From Syncephalis fuscata S228 (lineage: Eukaryota > Fungi > Zoopagomycota), in the NCBI GenBank assembly GCA_025786725.1, contig JAHLTZ010000030.1:62001-126000 (forward strand): a stretch of DNA of 64,000 bases. The letters are read 5' to 3'. Below the pieces are notes generated by a model. The model ran no database searches, was not told the origin of the DNA, and worked only from the letters and a program-made list of their open reading frames with translations. A program made the position numbers and the translations under genes. Of this stretch, positions 28,387 through 42,018 are shown one piece after another (the first letter of the stretch is position 1; each line of letters opens with the position of its first letter).

Positions 28387-28596
28387 TTAAATTTTAAACG
28401 TTAGCGATTATTTATTAACTGAATGGAGTTTGTGATTATATCTATTACGAACTATTATCAAATTATTTTTAATAAATACTCTTTATTCATAGTCAATTTG
28501 TATTAAATCTATTTTAAATTACAAGTGTTAAAACATTATTATAATTTAATTTCATGCTTTATCATAAAAAGATGGTCAAGAGTATGTGAAAAGACA

Positions 28597-29013
28597 AAAT
28601 CAAAATATCTTCACAAATAAAAGAGATATTCAACGAGGCAAATCAGCATATATATCGCTTAGAGTAATGTAGTTTTCTAACTGACGGTTATTAACAAAGC
28701 TTTGCTAATGTACAACACAGGTACAATAAGTGAAATACTTCAAAAGACTCAAGCAGCTCATAGTTTGGCTATTGACGGGACAGTGCCAGTTAAAACAACA
28801 TCAAAACAAATATGCCTATGAATTTGTAATATCTGCTAACAAATAGTATGTAGAATGGTATGAATCAAAAGCCGTATTGTTATCAAACAATCTTTTCTTA
28901 AACCTTTTTGTAAAATAAAGTTGATTAATGAAGTTACAAGTTGTAGTTTTTCAATTAATAATTGATATGTTTGTTGATACACTTGTGCTAATGGACTTTT
29001 AAACAAATAAAAT
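28597..29013 (+). repeat. About 415-bp direct repeat, copy 2, directly upstream of the COG5-like gene
   Basis: Matches 24785-25196. Confidence 0.95.
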
Positions 29014-29148
29014 ATATTCGCTCTCTTCCCTCTCTTCTCTTATTTGTGTGTGTTATTAAACCCTCTCTCATATAATAACACCATAATACACTTGAATTCA
29101 ATTACCACTCTAACTGTAGTTTGTATTAACCATTCTATATTTGTACTA

Positions 29149-32100
29149 ATGACGACCATTACACGCCCGTCGACCAGCGACGTGACAGACACTGACCAGC
29201 TACCGGAGGTAAGTACTATACAAGTATATTACTATTGGTAATACTTTATAACTGTCTATTTATACAGATATATGATGCACTGGAAGAAATAGCCGCGACA
29301 CAAAAGAATGTAGCGACTATTGTCACCGATAGTACAAAGTAAGCGATATTCAGTAATAGGCCTATCAGTTCTTTAATAGCTAACCACTAGTATAGACTGT
29401 ATAATTCATTAAAAAAGCCACGCGATACATTTGCTCATACTATTCGTCATTTGGAACGAGTTCAACAAGCATGTCGTATTCTACGTGATATGAACGAGTT
29501 CTTTAGCTTAACTCGTCAACTGGATAGCATCAAAGTGGACGATGATGGCATAGCGGATATGTATGAACACAGTTCATTTATTTCTATGGCCAAAGTTATT
29601 AGACAAATTGGTAATTGCCATAGACCTTGTATAAATGGTATTGATGTGTATTAATAATGGACAGATACTGAATTCGATCATCATCTAAATGGAATTGAGG
29701 CAGTTGACCGTGAAAGAAAACGTGTTGATAAAATACATGAAGTGATCCGCACAACAACAGAACAATCAATGAATCAAGCATTAGAAGATCGGGTAAGATG
29801 ACGGACACAATAGCACGGATACCAATGTTAATACAAATTGATTAATTAGAATTCAATTACTTTGTCTAAAGCACTTAATCTATATCACCACTTGGGAGAA
29901 TTACCGCATCGTATTGAAGCGTTTATGGATGCTCAACTAAAGCAGCTGTTGGATGTTATATTGAACATAATAGATGTGGATACACTTTGTTCGCCTGAAG
30001 ATAACAGTATGTATACCATTGATTGCTACCCATGTCTATTTATAACACTATGTAATAGTCAGTAATTATAAAACTGAACAAGAGACTATTGTTGCTTATT
30101 GGAAAAGAATTAATGAATGGATTGATATGGTGTATCAAAGTGGCTGTAAAGTATGTCTATTCAGTATTCAAATAAGCGAGACTAATAGTCAATTAGATGT
30201 TTGATTTAAAAGCTGCATTGCATCGTCAACAGGGTCAGTTTAGAGCTGAACTGATTTCTGGTAAGTTGTTATTAAATCTACTAACAATAGACTATATGAG
30301 CAATATTGAATCTAGATGATGACAAGCAACAGTTCTTAAATGACTATTGGAAACAATTGGCCGATATAATAAGACAGAGTCTTAATGCATCAGCTACAGG
30401 TAGAATAAGACAAAAAGTAGCAATATACAAGTAATGTTAATAGGAATGAATCAATAAATGAATTAGGTGCAAAGCGTGGTGTTGAAATTCTAAGATCAGG
30501 TTATCCAAGATTGCTATGGATATGGCATGGTTTATTTACAAAGTTATTTAATTACTGTGGAGAAACATTTAATGCACATCAACCGAGGTTAGTAATTAAT
30601 AATAATAAGCATAATATTAAATATACTCTAAGCTAATCAATTAATATTAGACCGCAAGTATCTTTAATTATTAGTAGTTTATCAACACTAGAAACGGTTT
30701 ATCTACGTCGATGGCAACGTCAATTGGATGATCAAATGCGAAAATCATTTGCTCAAAGAGGCGGCATTTCTTGTAATGAACTCGCTGCAATAGGCTCATT
30801 ATTAGCAACGTAAGCTATTACATTAATGTTATAATACTACAATACTAACAAATAATTATGTTAATTAGTGAATTGGAAACCACAAAATTTGATCCAAGGT
30901 TTTCTAATCTAATTATTCAAACGGCTGATGATATTGTACAGCAATGCACAGAACGTGGCCGTTTATTGGTAAATAAACAACAAGTCGATTAATGAAATAC
31001 ACTAACAATAAATTATATAAATAGTTGCAATCACCGACCACCTTTGAAATCGGTCAAGGTCTATGTACGCCAGGTCAACAATTAAATATTGATATTGCTA
31101 ATAGCATGCACGCATTACTGATATCATTCGAGGCAGCAACCGCTCATCGTAAACCATCAAAAAAGGAACTTGCATGTTATAAGGTAAATAGCAATGATTA
31201 TAGTGATGATGATGCTAACAATAACAATTAACTATTCACTAGTCTTTACGTCAAGTAATCTCCATGGTAGTTAATCCAATGATTTATGTATTTCAAACAA
31301 CATTAGAAACTGTGCTATTAAAAATACACTCTGAATTCAATAGGTATACCATCTATTTATTCATTCATACTATATTACTAACCATGTTGTATTTAATACA
31401 CTAAGCAGTACTATTAATTCATCTAATCTGCAATCAACGAATAATTGTAGTATCTACTTAGATGAATTTAATCGGAAGCTTGGTCATTTACATCGTGAAT
31501 ATATTGCTCGATTTGAATGTGGTCATTAATCATTCAGAAGTAGGCTACTTGATACTATTGATTAATTAATTAATTATTTATTTAAATAATAATAGAACAC
31601 AACAATTGATACAGCGATTGATCCATGTCTTTCTTTTACAAGCAAGTATTGTCTGTCCATTAGATGAAGATAAACGATTACGTTTGGCAGCTGATGCTAC
31701 ACAGCTTGAATTCTGTGCTAGTCATATTGCCTCATTTAGTAGCAAAACAACTTGGCCACTGACCGAGTTGGGCGATACTTATGCTGCACTACGCAGTTTC
31801 CGGTAAGTCGTAGAATTGTTATTATATTAATACTGACAAATCATACACTTTTAGTCAACTGTTGTTTGCTACATGTGATGAAATTACTGATCGAAAAGAT
31901 CTACAAGTGATATCGCCACTAATTCGTCTACATCAATTGCTAATCCATGCTTATAAGGATATTGGTGCACCTTATAAACTATTAGGCATTGATTGCGACG
32001 AATATGCCTGTCAACTAAACGATACAACCGAAGATGAAAGGACGATCTTTAACCGAATTCAACTGAAAATTAAGGAGCATTTGGACCTACACGAATTCAT

Positions 32101-32167
32101 TAGTACTAATGGCACATTGGCTATTATAAGTAGTGCAGCAAAGATTTATTATACAAACGACGCTTAA
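29149..32167 (+). CDS. COG5: Conserved oligomeric Golgi complex subunit 5-like (divergent; about 14 introns)
   Basis: LERVQQACRILR (N-terminal helix), GYPRLL, QQLNIDIAN, ASIVCPLDEDKRLRLAADATQLEF and LGDTYAALRSFRQLLF match the Cog5 pattern (SlvRPLse.GKL.la.Dm.qLE..lG..Y..LRafR.LLF). One apparent 1-nt deletion near 31527. Confidence 0.75.
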
Positions 32168-32223
32168 ACACAAAATTAGTTTGCGTCAACATCTTCTCTC
32201 TACTCTCCTTTCTCCCTTCAAAG

Positions 32224-35132
32224 CTAGTTTAGTTTTACGTCGCGATAGCGTGTGCGTTGTTTTATGCCCCGCGGATCATCAGGTCGTCGTTTTGGTTTTG
32301 GTGGTGGTCCTTCACGTCGAATGCGTTCTTCGTCTTCAACGAGTGTTAGTATTTCAGGTGCAACTTTTTCCATACGTTCTAATAAAAAGGTTGCTTTTAC
32401 ATCACCGTGCAGCTGACGATAATCAGACAGTCCGGTAACTAGAGCACGGGCGGCCCATGTCCATATATTGGCACTTTTGCCATCCTCTATGTAATCGAGC
32501 GGTTTATCTTGATGCAATGCTTCGAGTACCTGACACGCTTCAGGTAACATACGTCGTTTGGCCAATGCAGCGGCCAGTTGGTTGTAGTTACGTAGATCGA
32601 GAAAGCGCAGTGATCGTACCTTCTCCCATTCAACAAACGCTTGACGTAAAACATTGGCTCGATTAGAAAAACTATTCACAATAACTGAAAATGCTTGTGG
32701 ACTTGCTTGTTGTTGATCGAGCATATCGTCCCAAGCCTCCCATAGCATGTTGTATTGGTAGGAAAAGGCGCGGAATAGCCATAGCCATGCAATACGATCC
32801 ATCGGCACATTATTGGCTATCATGTCGTTACGTAGCTCATTGGCCGAAACGGCATCGCGGCTATGAGCGTATACTTTTAATAGGGTCGTATAATGCACAA
32901 TGTCAAGGGAAAAGCCGCGCGTTTGAAGCTCATCCATAACTGCTCGTGCACTTTGAGCATCGCCGGCTATAACATAGGCCTGCATCAATAACGTGTAGGT
33001 AAGACTGTCGGGCATAATACCGCTGGCTAATAACTCGTTATAAATACGGCGTGCTTCTGTCAAATCATACTGCTGTGTATACATGCTAATAAGTGCATTG
33101 TAGGCTCGAGCTGTTTTCAGTTGTTGATGAGCATCGTTAAAAATACGCTCCGCCTCTTCAATATAGCCTGTATCGGCCAATCGACAAATAAGCGTTGTAT
33201 ATGTAACTTCATCGGCTTTAATATGGTTTGTTTGCATTTCTTCATAAATGTCAAGGGCCCGCGACATATCACCATGCAAACCATGGGCGTGATAAGTACA
33301 TTGTAAGACACGGCCGATGGACGTGTTCCTGTATTAATCATTAAACGAAATGCTCGGTCTACACCTTCTGTATCGCCGGCTGCCGCATAAGCTGCTAATA
33401 ACGGCGCGTATGTATACTCATTCGTAGTTGTTTCATCGCTAGTTCGCAATTCCTTTAATACACGAACTGCGTTCACTGGATCGGCCATTCGAGAGAAAAG
33501 TCGAATTAATAAATCGTAGGTGGCTTTGTCGGGTTCAACGTCATGTTTTACCATGTCGCGTACAACTCTAATTGCTCCGTTAATATCAGGTTTGCGCGAA
33601 TAACCAACAAGTAATAAGTTAAATGTACGCGTTCGTGGCTCCAATCCTTGATCAATGGCCATATCCAAGAATTGGTGTGCTTCATCCATCAAATCATTGT
33701 CAACATATGCATTAATAATAGCCGACATTAAAACATTGGCTGGCTTCACATCGTGTCTGCGCATATCCTTCAATAGCAAACTAATTTCATATATTGGGCC
33801 GTTGCTGCATAGTGAACCATTAAAGGACGGTATGTATACTGATTGGGCCGCACACCTGATTCATCATATCTCGGATAACCTGGCGTGCTTCATCAAGTCG
33901 TCCACAGTCACTATAGGCACGAATAACTGAATTAAGTGTCCATCGTGTAGGTTGAATACCTGCTGTCTGCATTCGTTTGAACATATTAATTGCCGATGGA
34001 AGATCGCGTAACTTTGCATATAAATGAATAAGCGCCGTAAAGCCAAATACATCGGGACTGATGTTCGCTTTTTCCATATCATCAAGAACACTTAGTGCAC
34101 TTTTCTCATTCATTAAACGAACAAAGAACACAATCATGCGTATGCCAATGTTCTGTGTAAGTTGGATACCTTGGTCCAGCATAGATTTGTAAAAACGAGT
34201 AACTGAAGCCACATTACCGCGCTGCTGATGTGCATCTAGTATCTTTTCGTAGGTAAAACTATTGGGTGTAATACCTGCTTCCAACATATAGGCAAGGAAG
34301 TAGTCAGCACCATCTGCATCAGCGTATAAAGCAAGTCGATCTAGAATAAGGTTACATGGAGTACGTTGACCAAATGCCACGGCTGCCAATTGCCGAAATG
34401 TATCCACATTTGATTTCACGTCATGTTTTTGCATTTCCTCGTAAGCAGCCAATGCGCCAAATAGATCGAGTGCATCAATATGCGATCCTATCCATAGATT
34501 GTATGCCGTGGCCGTTGAAGGAATACTGCGTCTACGCATTGCTGCAACAATTTTGCCAGCTTGACGTGGCTGTTGTTGACGGGCATAGATTGCTAGAAGA
34601 ATATGAAATTCACCAATGCCCATTTCCTTGCCGTTCTCCTCCATCATCTGGCATAGCTCCAGTGTCCAGCGCACTGTACTATCGTGATTACTGCGAGCAA
34701 TAACACTCATGCCCCGTTGAAGCATATTACGCGCATAGGCTGATGGACTTGCTCGCTGTGCTATATCTCGACACGCATCCACCACTTTATCGATATCATT
34801 TTGCTGTATAGCTTGTTCTAATGCATTAATATACTTTTCATCCTCCAATGTAACGTTATCTACTGGAGAGTCTTGTGTTTTGCTTGATAAAGTCGGTTTC
34901 CCATGATTAGTCGTTGATTACTGGGTGGCTTAGTATCATAGGTATGTAGATCGCGTGTATATATAGATCTTGAATCGCTGCGCACTGTACGCCTACTGGT
35001 TAAATGACTGCAAGATCTTGTAGCTTGTAAAAAAGAACGCGTTGCTATTGGATCATAAAGCGGTCGTAACTGTAAACGACGACGATAGAAACAAGACCAT
35101 GACCATAATACTTGTCTGGGTGGCCACCGCAT
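32224..35132 (-). CDS. Pentatricopeptide-repeat (PPR) protein, probably mitochondrial; split into four ORFs by apparent 1-nt deletions
   Basis: Many 35-aa PPR units (e.g. TYTTLICRLADTGYIEEAERIF; AYNALISMYTQQYDLTEARRIYNELLASGIMPD). Arg-rich N-terminus MRWPPRQ. Frame switches near 34860, 33860-33795 and 33290 lack convincing introns. Confidence 0.88.
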
Positions 35133-35445
35133 TGCTTTTCTAAAGCCGAGTAAACGGCTAGACCAAGTAAGCAGTACGTCACCGACACGTTTGTAAAATT
35201 CAATAGGAATCAAGATCGTCTACAGAAACGAAACATTAAAGAATATGAATAAAAAGCATTTTTTTTAATTTGAATATGGCATAAATTATTACCACGTTGT
35301 TTATTCTTATTACAAAAACACCAGTGCTCGTTGATAATATACTTTTGGTATAATGATCAATAATAAGCCTTTATTTCCATTACGTTTTTAGCATGATCTA
35401 ATGATTAAATAACTAAACTTGATAATATTCGTGTAATTGAACTAA

Positions 35446-36000
35446 ACATTTAATCTATTGAATACGATAATGGGCGGTGAATGACATTAAAGTTTAAAAT
35501 ACTCATCATTGTAGATTCATTATCCAGTATGCATACATTCAGTACACATATACTTTATTTACCTATATCATTCTATTTTATTATATACTGATATATACCA
35601 TTTTATAACATACTAGATATATTCTATTGTTTATATGTTTCAACATACCTTACTCACTCCAATTATTGCGTTATATGTACTATAACTTCAACGTCGTTTA
35701 TATGCTTTCTTACCGTACATTTATCATTTTATATATCATTTTATGCTTGCCTAGTCGTGCTTTATCCAGATTTGATCTATTAAATTAATAAATTCCAACT
35801 TAATTTCCTTCTTCATCCATCAAATCGTATGTATTTGAGACTTATAACAATTAGAATATGCATAGTATAGCATGGAATGATATATATTAGTATGTAATAG
35901 AATTGAGTGATATATGCATACTGAATAATAAATCTATAATGATGGCTATTTAACAACTACATTACTCATCACCCAGTTTTATGCTTAATAGAACAAATTA
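35446..36000. mobile_element. MITE-like non-coding element with about 100-bp imperfect terminal inverted repeats
   Basis: Left end aaatactcatcattgtagattcattatccagtatgcatacattc (35497-35540) vs reverse complement of right end aaatagccatcattatagatttattattcagtatgcatatatc (35909-35951). AT-rich interior without ORF; related copies at 1258 and 7870. Confidence 0.6.
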
Positions 36001-36109
36001 TAGTTTTATTACGCGAATGTTGTTAAAATAGTTGTATGACCATTAAATCACATTAAATGACTGATAAATTTTAATTCTTGTAAAATGTTATTTTTATTAA
36101 ATTAATATT

Positions 36110-37135
36110 TAACATTTAGCAACATGTCATTAAAAGCCTTTAATTGCAAAATATCATACGACAGCGACAATTGATTACTACCACACTACTTATTATTATA
36201 ATAAATATTAATTTGCTTGATTCTGTTCAATTGTTTGAATAAACTGAATACAGTGGTCGATATACGTAGCGTCAGATAGCATTAGAACATGCGAGCCTTT
36301 AGGTGTCATATCTAGTTCGGCTGAATAGCCAAGCGATTGAAGATTTGCATAAAAATGCTCAGCCTGCCCACAGTCTATTATTTCATCTTCTAGACTATGC
36401 ACAACAAGAAATCGAGCCGATTTGGCTAATGGGTTGTATGCTTTATCAATGCAGGTGATTCTTGTTGCCAATCTTGTAGATTATTGCCAAAGGCTGTTTC
36501 AATAAAATATTTATAACTTGGATATCGATCAATCCATTGAGGTATATCATAAACACCTGCTACGCAAATAATACCACGTAATCCATTTAGATGTGGTTTG
36601 GTTTGTTCTATTTTATCAGTATGGGTATTTACAGCTGTTTGAGTCATAACTAGCATACTAATGAGTTGAGCACCCGCTGAGTGACCAGCTAAATAAAGTC
36701 GTTGTGGATCATAAGCATACTGCTGTTCATTGCGTTCCAACCAAGCAATACCATGTGCTATATCATATAGATGCATTGGATAGCGTGTATCCAACTGATC
36801 TTTTTTGATAGTCGATAACCAACAACTGCAACGGCAATAGGTGTATTGGCGCTAATACTACATTCAATAAGCTTTTGTGCCATAGTTTTATATTCTGGTT
36901 CATTATGCAAACACCATCCACCACCGTGAACAAACACTAATAATGGCGGTGCTTGCTTTGTGTCGGCATCAACTATTGGAAGATACAGGTCAAGGACCGT
37001 TTAGCATCTTCATTAGGTGTATAGACCGTTGGTAATGTGTAATGTTTATAGTCCATGAGGCTAAATAGCAAAAAAGAGTAACTGTAACCAAGCGATATAG
37101 TTATATTATTACAACCAAGAATGCACAATACAATG
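36110..37135 (-). repeat. Left arm of a 1.03-kb inverted duplication
   Basis: Reverse complement of 38941-39969, including UTRs. Confidence 0.97.
36208..37056 (-). CDS. Alpha/beta hydrolase, kynurenine formamidase (Bna7/AFMID)-like, divergent copy (three apparent 1-nt deletions)
   Basis: VFVHGGGW, GYRLS, YLAGHSAGA nucleophile elbow, VVHSLEDEII, GSH. The frame is restored by comparison with the + strand copy. Confidence 0.8.
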
Positions 37136-38940
37136 TATATAGTGTAAAATAGAAGATAAAAAGATAGAAGATTATTTGCTTCGTGTAGCCATGCGATGAC
37201 CATTGTACTATGCTTAATGTTTGAACACATTAAGCGTAATGCCAAATATGGCAATAATACAATGATTGGTTAAAAGTAGTAAATATAAAAATAAACTATT
37301 TTAAATACAAGTATAACTGTATATAGCATATGAGTAAAACAATAAGTGCATTAAAACTATAATTCCATTTGATATAGAGACAAAATCTGTTGATGAGGCA
37401 TGACTTGGATCTGGATTAAATATTTGGCTATTTAACTGGCCGTCCTAGTCATCGATGAGTTTTGTGGCTTGATATAGGCCGTTGGTATATAAAATGAGAT
37501 GGAATGCAGATGGTCTAGGATTTGCTGAGCTTGGCTGTCCTGAGCGTTAAGACCAAGGGCGTTGATGTGCTGTAAAGCCAGATTAGAACTAGTTAATTGT
37601 TAGCAGAAATACGGATACTAATAAAAATTAAAAGCAAACATGGGCTTAAAAAATTAGGCAACATTGAATTCATTACACTTCATTATAGGATAGTCTTTAC
37701 TGACTTCATCGATAAACTTACCCAGCATGCGAGTCATAGCTGTACATTCTATTGGTTCTATATTTTTGTTCAAACAAGAATTCAAAATTAAACAGCTGTG
37801 TGCATCGATATATTACGTGGCATATTATAATTGGTAGTTTCGTGCATATCAAACATACCCATAATATGTATACATTTTTTTAAATAAAATGATAATATCA
37901 GCGTTGAGCTAATTGATACTAAACTAAACTTGCAGTAATAAAGCACCAGACAATAGCGGCTATATGTTTTGAATATATTGGGATTATGCTAGCTTAAAAG
38001 CTATTATTACTAAATATGCATATACTTTTTTCATAATCTGTTTGGTCTTTAGATATAGTGAGCTTTTATTGTTATTTTTGTCGTGATTTGGTTCTAATTT
38101 ACCATAATATATTTGATTAAAAATCATAAATTTGTAGACTAGTACACACAATGCATCTTAATGCCACGGGCGAAATGGGCGCGGTATTTGCAATGGTTAC
38201 AATAGTTGGCTAAAGTGCAGCAAAAGCGGTAATAATGACAAAAAATCTCATGGTAGTAACAGCAAAAATGGTAAGATTTCAGCTGAAGTTGTTACAATAA
38301 AATACTGTTGGTTTGTTAAACACTTTAGTCACATTTGTTGAACAATCAACTGTATTTTGTGAATGTACCATATCATATGCCTGCTTGATATGCAAAAATC
38401 TATCAAACACAGATTCATTAACTTTTAATCCAGCTATGCATACATCTCGCCATATATTACAAATACCTACATTTGATCATAAAGCTCATCAACGATAAGA
38501 ACAACCAACATTAACAAATACACACAATAGACAATTCACTAATTTAGTTCAAATCATATCTTATAAACAGAATAATATCTGTAAAGTTATTCAATATATT
38601 TTCAGATTGCTGTACAAACACTGGCTACATTATTGAGCATCATACAAATAAGTAATCTTTAATTGTCAGCTCATGCATTAATTTATTTAATTTAAATATA
38701 TAAAGTACATACAATTACAAACTAATAAACAATAGCTCACTTTAATATATTTCTATTTTGCATTATATTGTTATACCTAGTTGCTGGTTATATTACTTAG
38801 AGGTATACGTCACTTCTATAGTCGTAATAAATGTGTAACATCCTCAATAGAAATAAACGTGTGATTGTCTATTCTCTAAAACGTTGAGTTTCATTCTATT
38901 GTTTATTCTCATATCCGACTTAATCTTTATTACGATATAT

Positions 38941-39969
38941 CATTGTATTGTGCATTCTTGGTTGTAACAATATAACTATATCGCTTGGTTACAGTTACTC
39001 TTTTTTGCTATTTAGCCTCATGGACTATAAACATTACACATTACCAACGGTCTATACACCTAATGAAGATGCTAAGACGGTCCTTGACCTGTATCTTCCA
39101 ATAGTTGATGCCGACACAAAGCAAGCACCGCCATTATTAGTGTTTGTTCACGGTGGTGCATGGCGTACACACGATGAATCAGAATACAAAACTATGGCAC
39201 AGAAGCTTATTGAATGTAGTATTACGCCAATACACCTATTGCCGTTGCAGTTGTTGGTTATCGACTATCAAGAAAAGATCAGTTGGATACACGCTATCCA
39301 ATGCATCTATATGATATAGCACATGGTATTGCTTGGTTGGAGCGCAATGAACAGCAGTATGCTTATGATCCACAACGACTTTATTTAGCTGGTCACTCAG
39401 CGGGTGCTCAACTCATTAGTATGCTAGTTATGACTCAAACAGCTGTAAATACCCATACTGATAAAATAGAACAAACCAAACCACATCTAAATGGATTACG
39501 CGGGCTGATTTGCGTAGACGGTATTTATGATATACCTCAATTTATTACTCGATATCCAAGTTGTATAGATTTTGTTGAAACAGCCTTTGGCAATAATCTA
39601 CAAGATTGGCAACAAGAATCGCCTGCATTGATAAAGCATACAACGCCATTAGCCAAATCGGCTCGATTTCTTGTTGTTCATAGTCTAGAAGATGAATTGG
39701 TAGATTGTGGGCAGGCTGAGCATTTTTATGCAAATCTTCAATCGCTTGGCTATTCAGCCGAACTAGATATGACACCTAAAGGCTCGCATGTTCTAATGCT
39801 ATCTGACGCTACGTATATCGACCACTGTATTCAGTTTATTCAAACAATTGAACAGAATCAAGCAAATTAATATTTATTAATAATAATAAGTAGTGTGGTA
39901 GTAATCAATTGTCGCTGTCGTATGATATTTTGCAATTAAAAGCTTTTAATGGCATGTTGCTAAATGTTT
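38941..39969 (+). repeat. Right arm of the 1.03-kb inverted duplication
   Basis: Reverse complement of 36110-37135. Confidence 0.97.
39020..39870 (+). CDS. Alpha/beta hydrolase, kynurenine formamidase (Bna7/AFMID)-like, canonical-motif copy (one apparent deletion near 39225)
   Basis: VFVHGGAWR, YPMHLYD, GHSAGA, DGIYD and VVHSLEDELVD; Ser-Asp-His triad present; intronless. Confidence 0.82.
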
Positions 39970-40237
39970 AATAAAATGAATGTGTAGCTCAGTTACGCAA
40001 ATGTTATTGAGTGTAATTATTTAATTTTTAGTTTTGACATAATGCTACGCAATTGACTTCCTCTTTCGATTTGCTATCTAAATCTTTATAGTTTTTATTA
40101 TACTGAACTCTCAAAATGAATCTAGCATATGTCGCAACTAAAATATTAATATCTATTTTATTCATGTTTTATTTAGACTGTTTTAACTATATTTAATAAA
40201 ACGAAGGAAAAGCTTTATTTATGCTGTATTACCTCAA

Positions 40238-41484
40238 TTAAATAAAGTGAACAACTTTCTCCTCCTGTATATCTGAATCACATATTACACTAGGACTACT
40301 ACTAGCAGATCCTTCTGAACTGCTTCCACTACTATTATTCCTACGAGTATATCCCGGTGCTCTAATTCGAGCCGTAGCCGATGAATTTGTGCCAAACTTG
40401 CCCACTTCATTTTTATCACCGAGACTATAAAGCACACTGTCATTTGGTTCGACGTGAATATCAATGACTGTGGCATCGGTGTCCCGTTCAAGTAGGCCAG
40501 TGTAGCTATTGTCGGATCCAGGCGTGCCGGTACGAGATATACGGCCATCGAAGCGATGCTTATTCACAATAGCTTCTTCACCTTCATCGTAGTTGCCTGC
40601 ATCATCCTCACCTGAAAGGTGTGTGTAATTCTTGGATCGTAGTCGACCATCGCCTTTAATAACACCATCAACAAGCCAAAACTGAATGATATTCATAATA
40701 AGTGGGAAAATTAACATAACAACTACTACTTGAACACGCGTATCACCAATTGCTTCAACAGGTGCTAGAGCCCATTTGCCAAACCAGAAGAAAAATGGAA
40801 AGATACGTAGCACAACAAGTACAAGTAACTTCATACTAGCAAGGGCCATAACAAATACCACCAGCTGTCTTAGCCAGGCCACAATACGAGGTGGATGGCC
40901 ATAATAACCTGAACGCATATCAGGTACACCAAGACGAATAGCACCTTTGACGTAGATTTGCATACAAATTAGATGACAAATACACCAGCAGTGGTATCCA
41001 AAAGAATATTTAAAAAATACCTAAATCATTTACTATTAAAAGGTGCCAACGCTGACTGTACTATCTATCGCCACATACCAAACACATGGATTTGTATTGC
41101 CACTATCAGTTGCATCACTACCTGTAAATAAGGAGCCGACCAGATTTAGCGTATGCAGCATAATGCCGCCTGCTGCTTGCTTGCTAACATCAAAAAACCT
41201 ATCGTTGATTCAATATCAATGGCTGGCTAGGCTATCCCCCTTTTAAAGTCAGACTAAAAGACAACTACTTACCAGATGACCAGTGGACGTTGTGGATACT
41301 CACGATGACGCTTAACCAACAGAGACGAGCAAACGATGAGGCCCATAACCAGTTGCACGCCAATAGCAAACCCATCAGTAAGCTTGCAGTCAATGCTGCC
41401 TGGGTCACCTAGACCCGTAGCGTCATACGGTAGACCCTCGGTATAGTTGGTCCGAATAGGTATGGCAATAACTGGTTCGTGCAT
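40238..41484 (-). CDS. Vacuolar membrane protein YPL162C / TMEM110 (STIMATE) family; 3 exons
   Basis: CKLTDGFAIGVQ..LLVKRHREYPQRPLVIW|FFDVSKQ..H..N..NPCVW|YFLNILLDTT, SGYYGHPP...WLRQ, VMLIFPLIMNIIQFWLVD..IK. Confidence 0.88.
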
Positions 41485-42018
41485 TGTAGTAACGTAGTAG
41501 TAGTAGTACTAGCAACAACAACAAAGTACTTTGAGTTACAATAAGCAGCAGTGCAGTGTATATATCGATATAGATATATCTATGTCTGCTTCGATGTGTG
41601 TGTATAACTAATAAGTAGAGTAATGCGTATAATGAACCAAGAAAATGAAATAAAAAAGGTTTAAATCGATGAATAAATGAAAGTGATTTTGGGTGTTTTA
41701 AATCAGCAATGCTACTTGTTTCTAATAAACGTTCCTTGAACAAACAAAAGCGGAATAAGAAAAGGAACCTGCTCGTTTATCATTGCAACTACAATATGGA
41801 CATGTGTTCAATAATCTTATTTATTTGTGTATATGTGTATGCTGTTGGCTATTTAGTTGTATGTGACAGTCACTTTCAGATAGATCCATTAGCTACTGGT
41901 AATAGTATCGATAGATTACTACAAAGTCATAGTTAATAATATAAGCAATATATTTAAAAGCACACAAATCATCTTATTAAACACTAGTACAATACTTTTA
42001 ATTGAATAAACATAAACA

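Noticed and set aside
24785-29013. LTR retrotransposon bounded by 415-bp LTRs
   Set aside because: No TG..CA termini, PBS, polypurine tract or gag/pol; the interior is an intron-containing cellular gene.
32224-35132. Programmed frameshifting or several separate PPR genes
   Set aside because: No slippery sites; each break is repaired by adding a base, and the same pattern occurs across the window, which fits sequence error.
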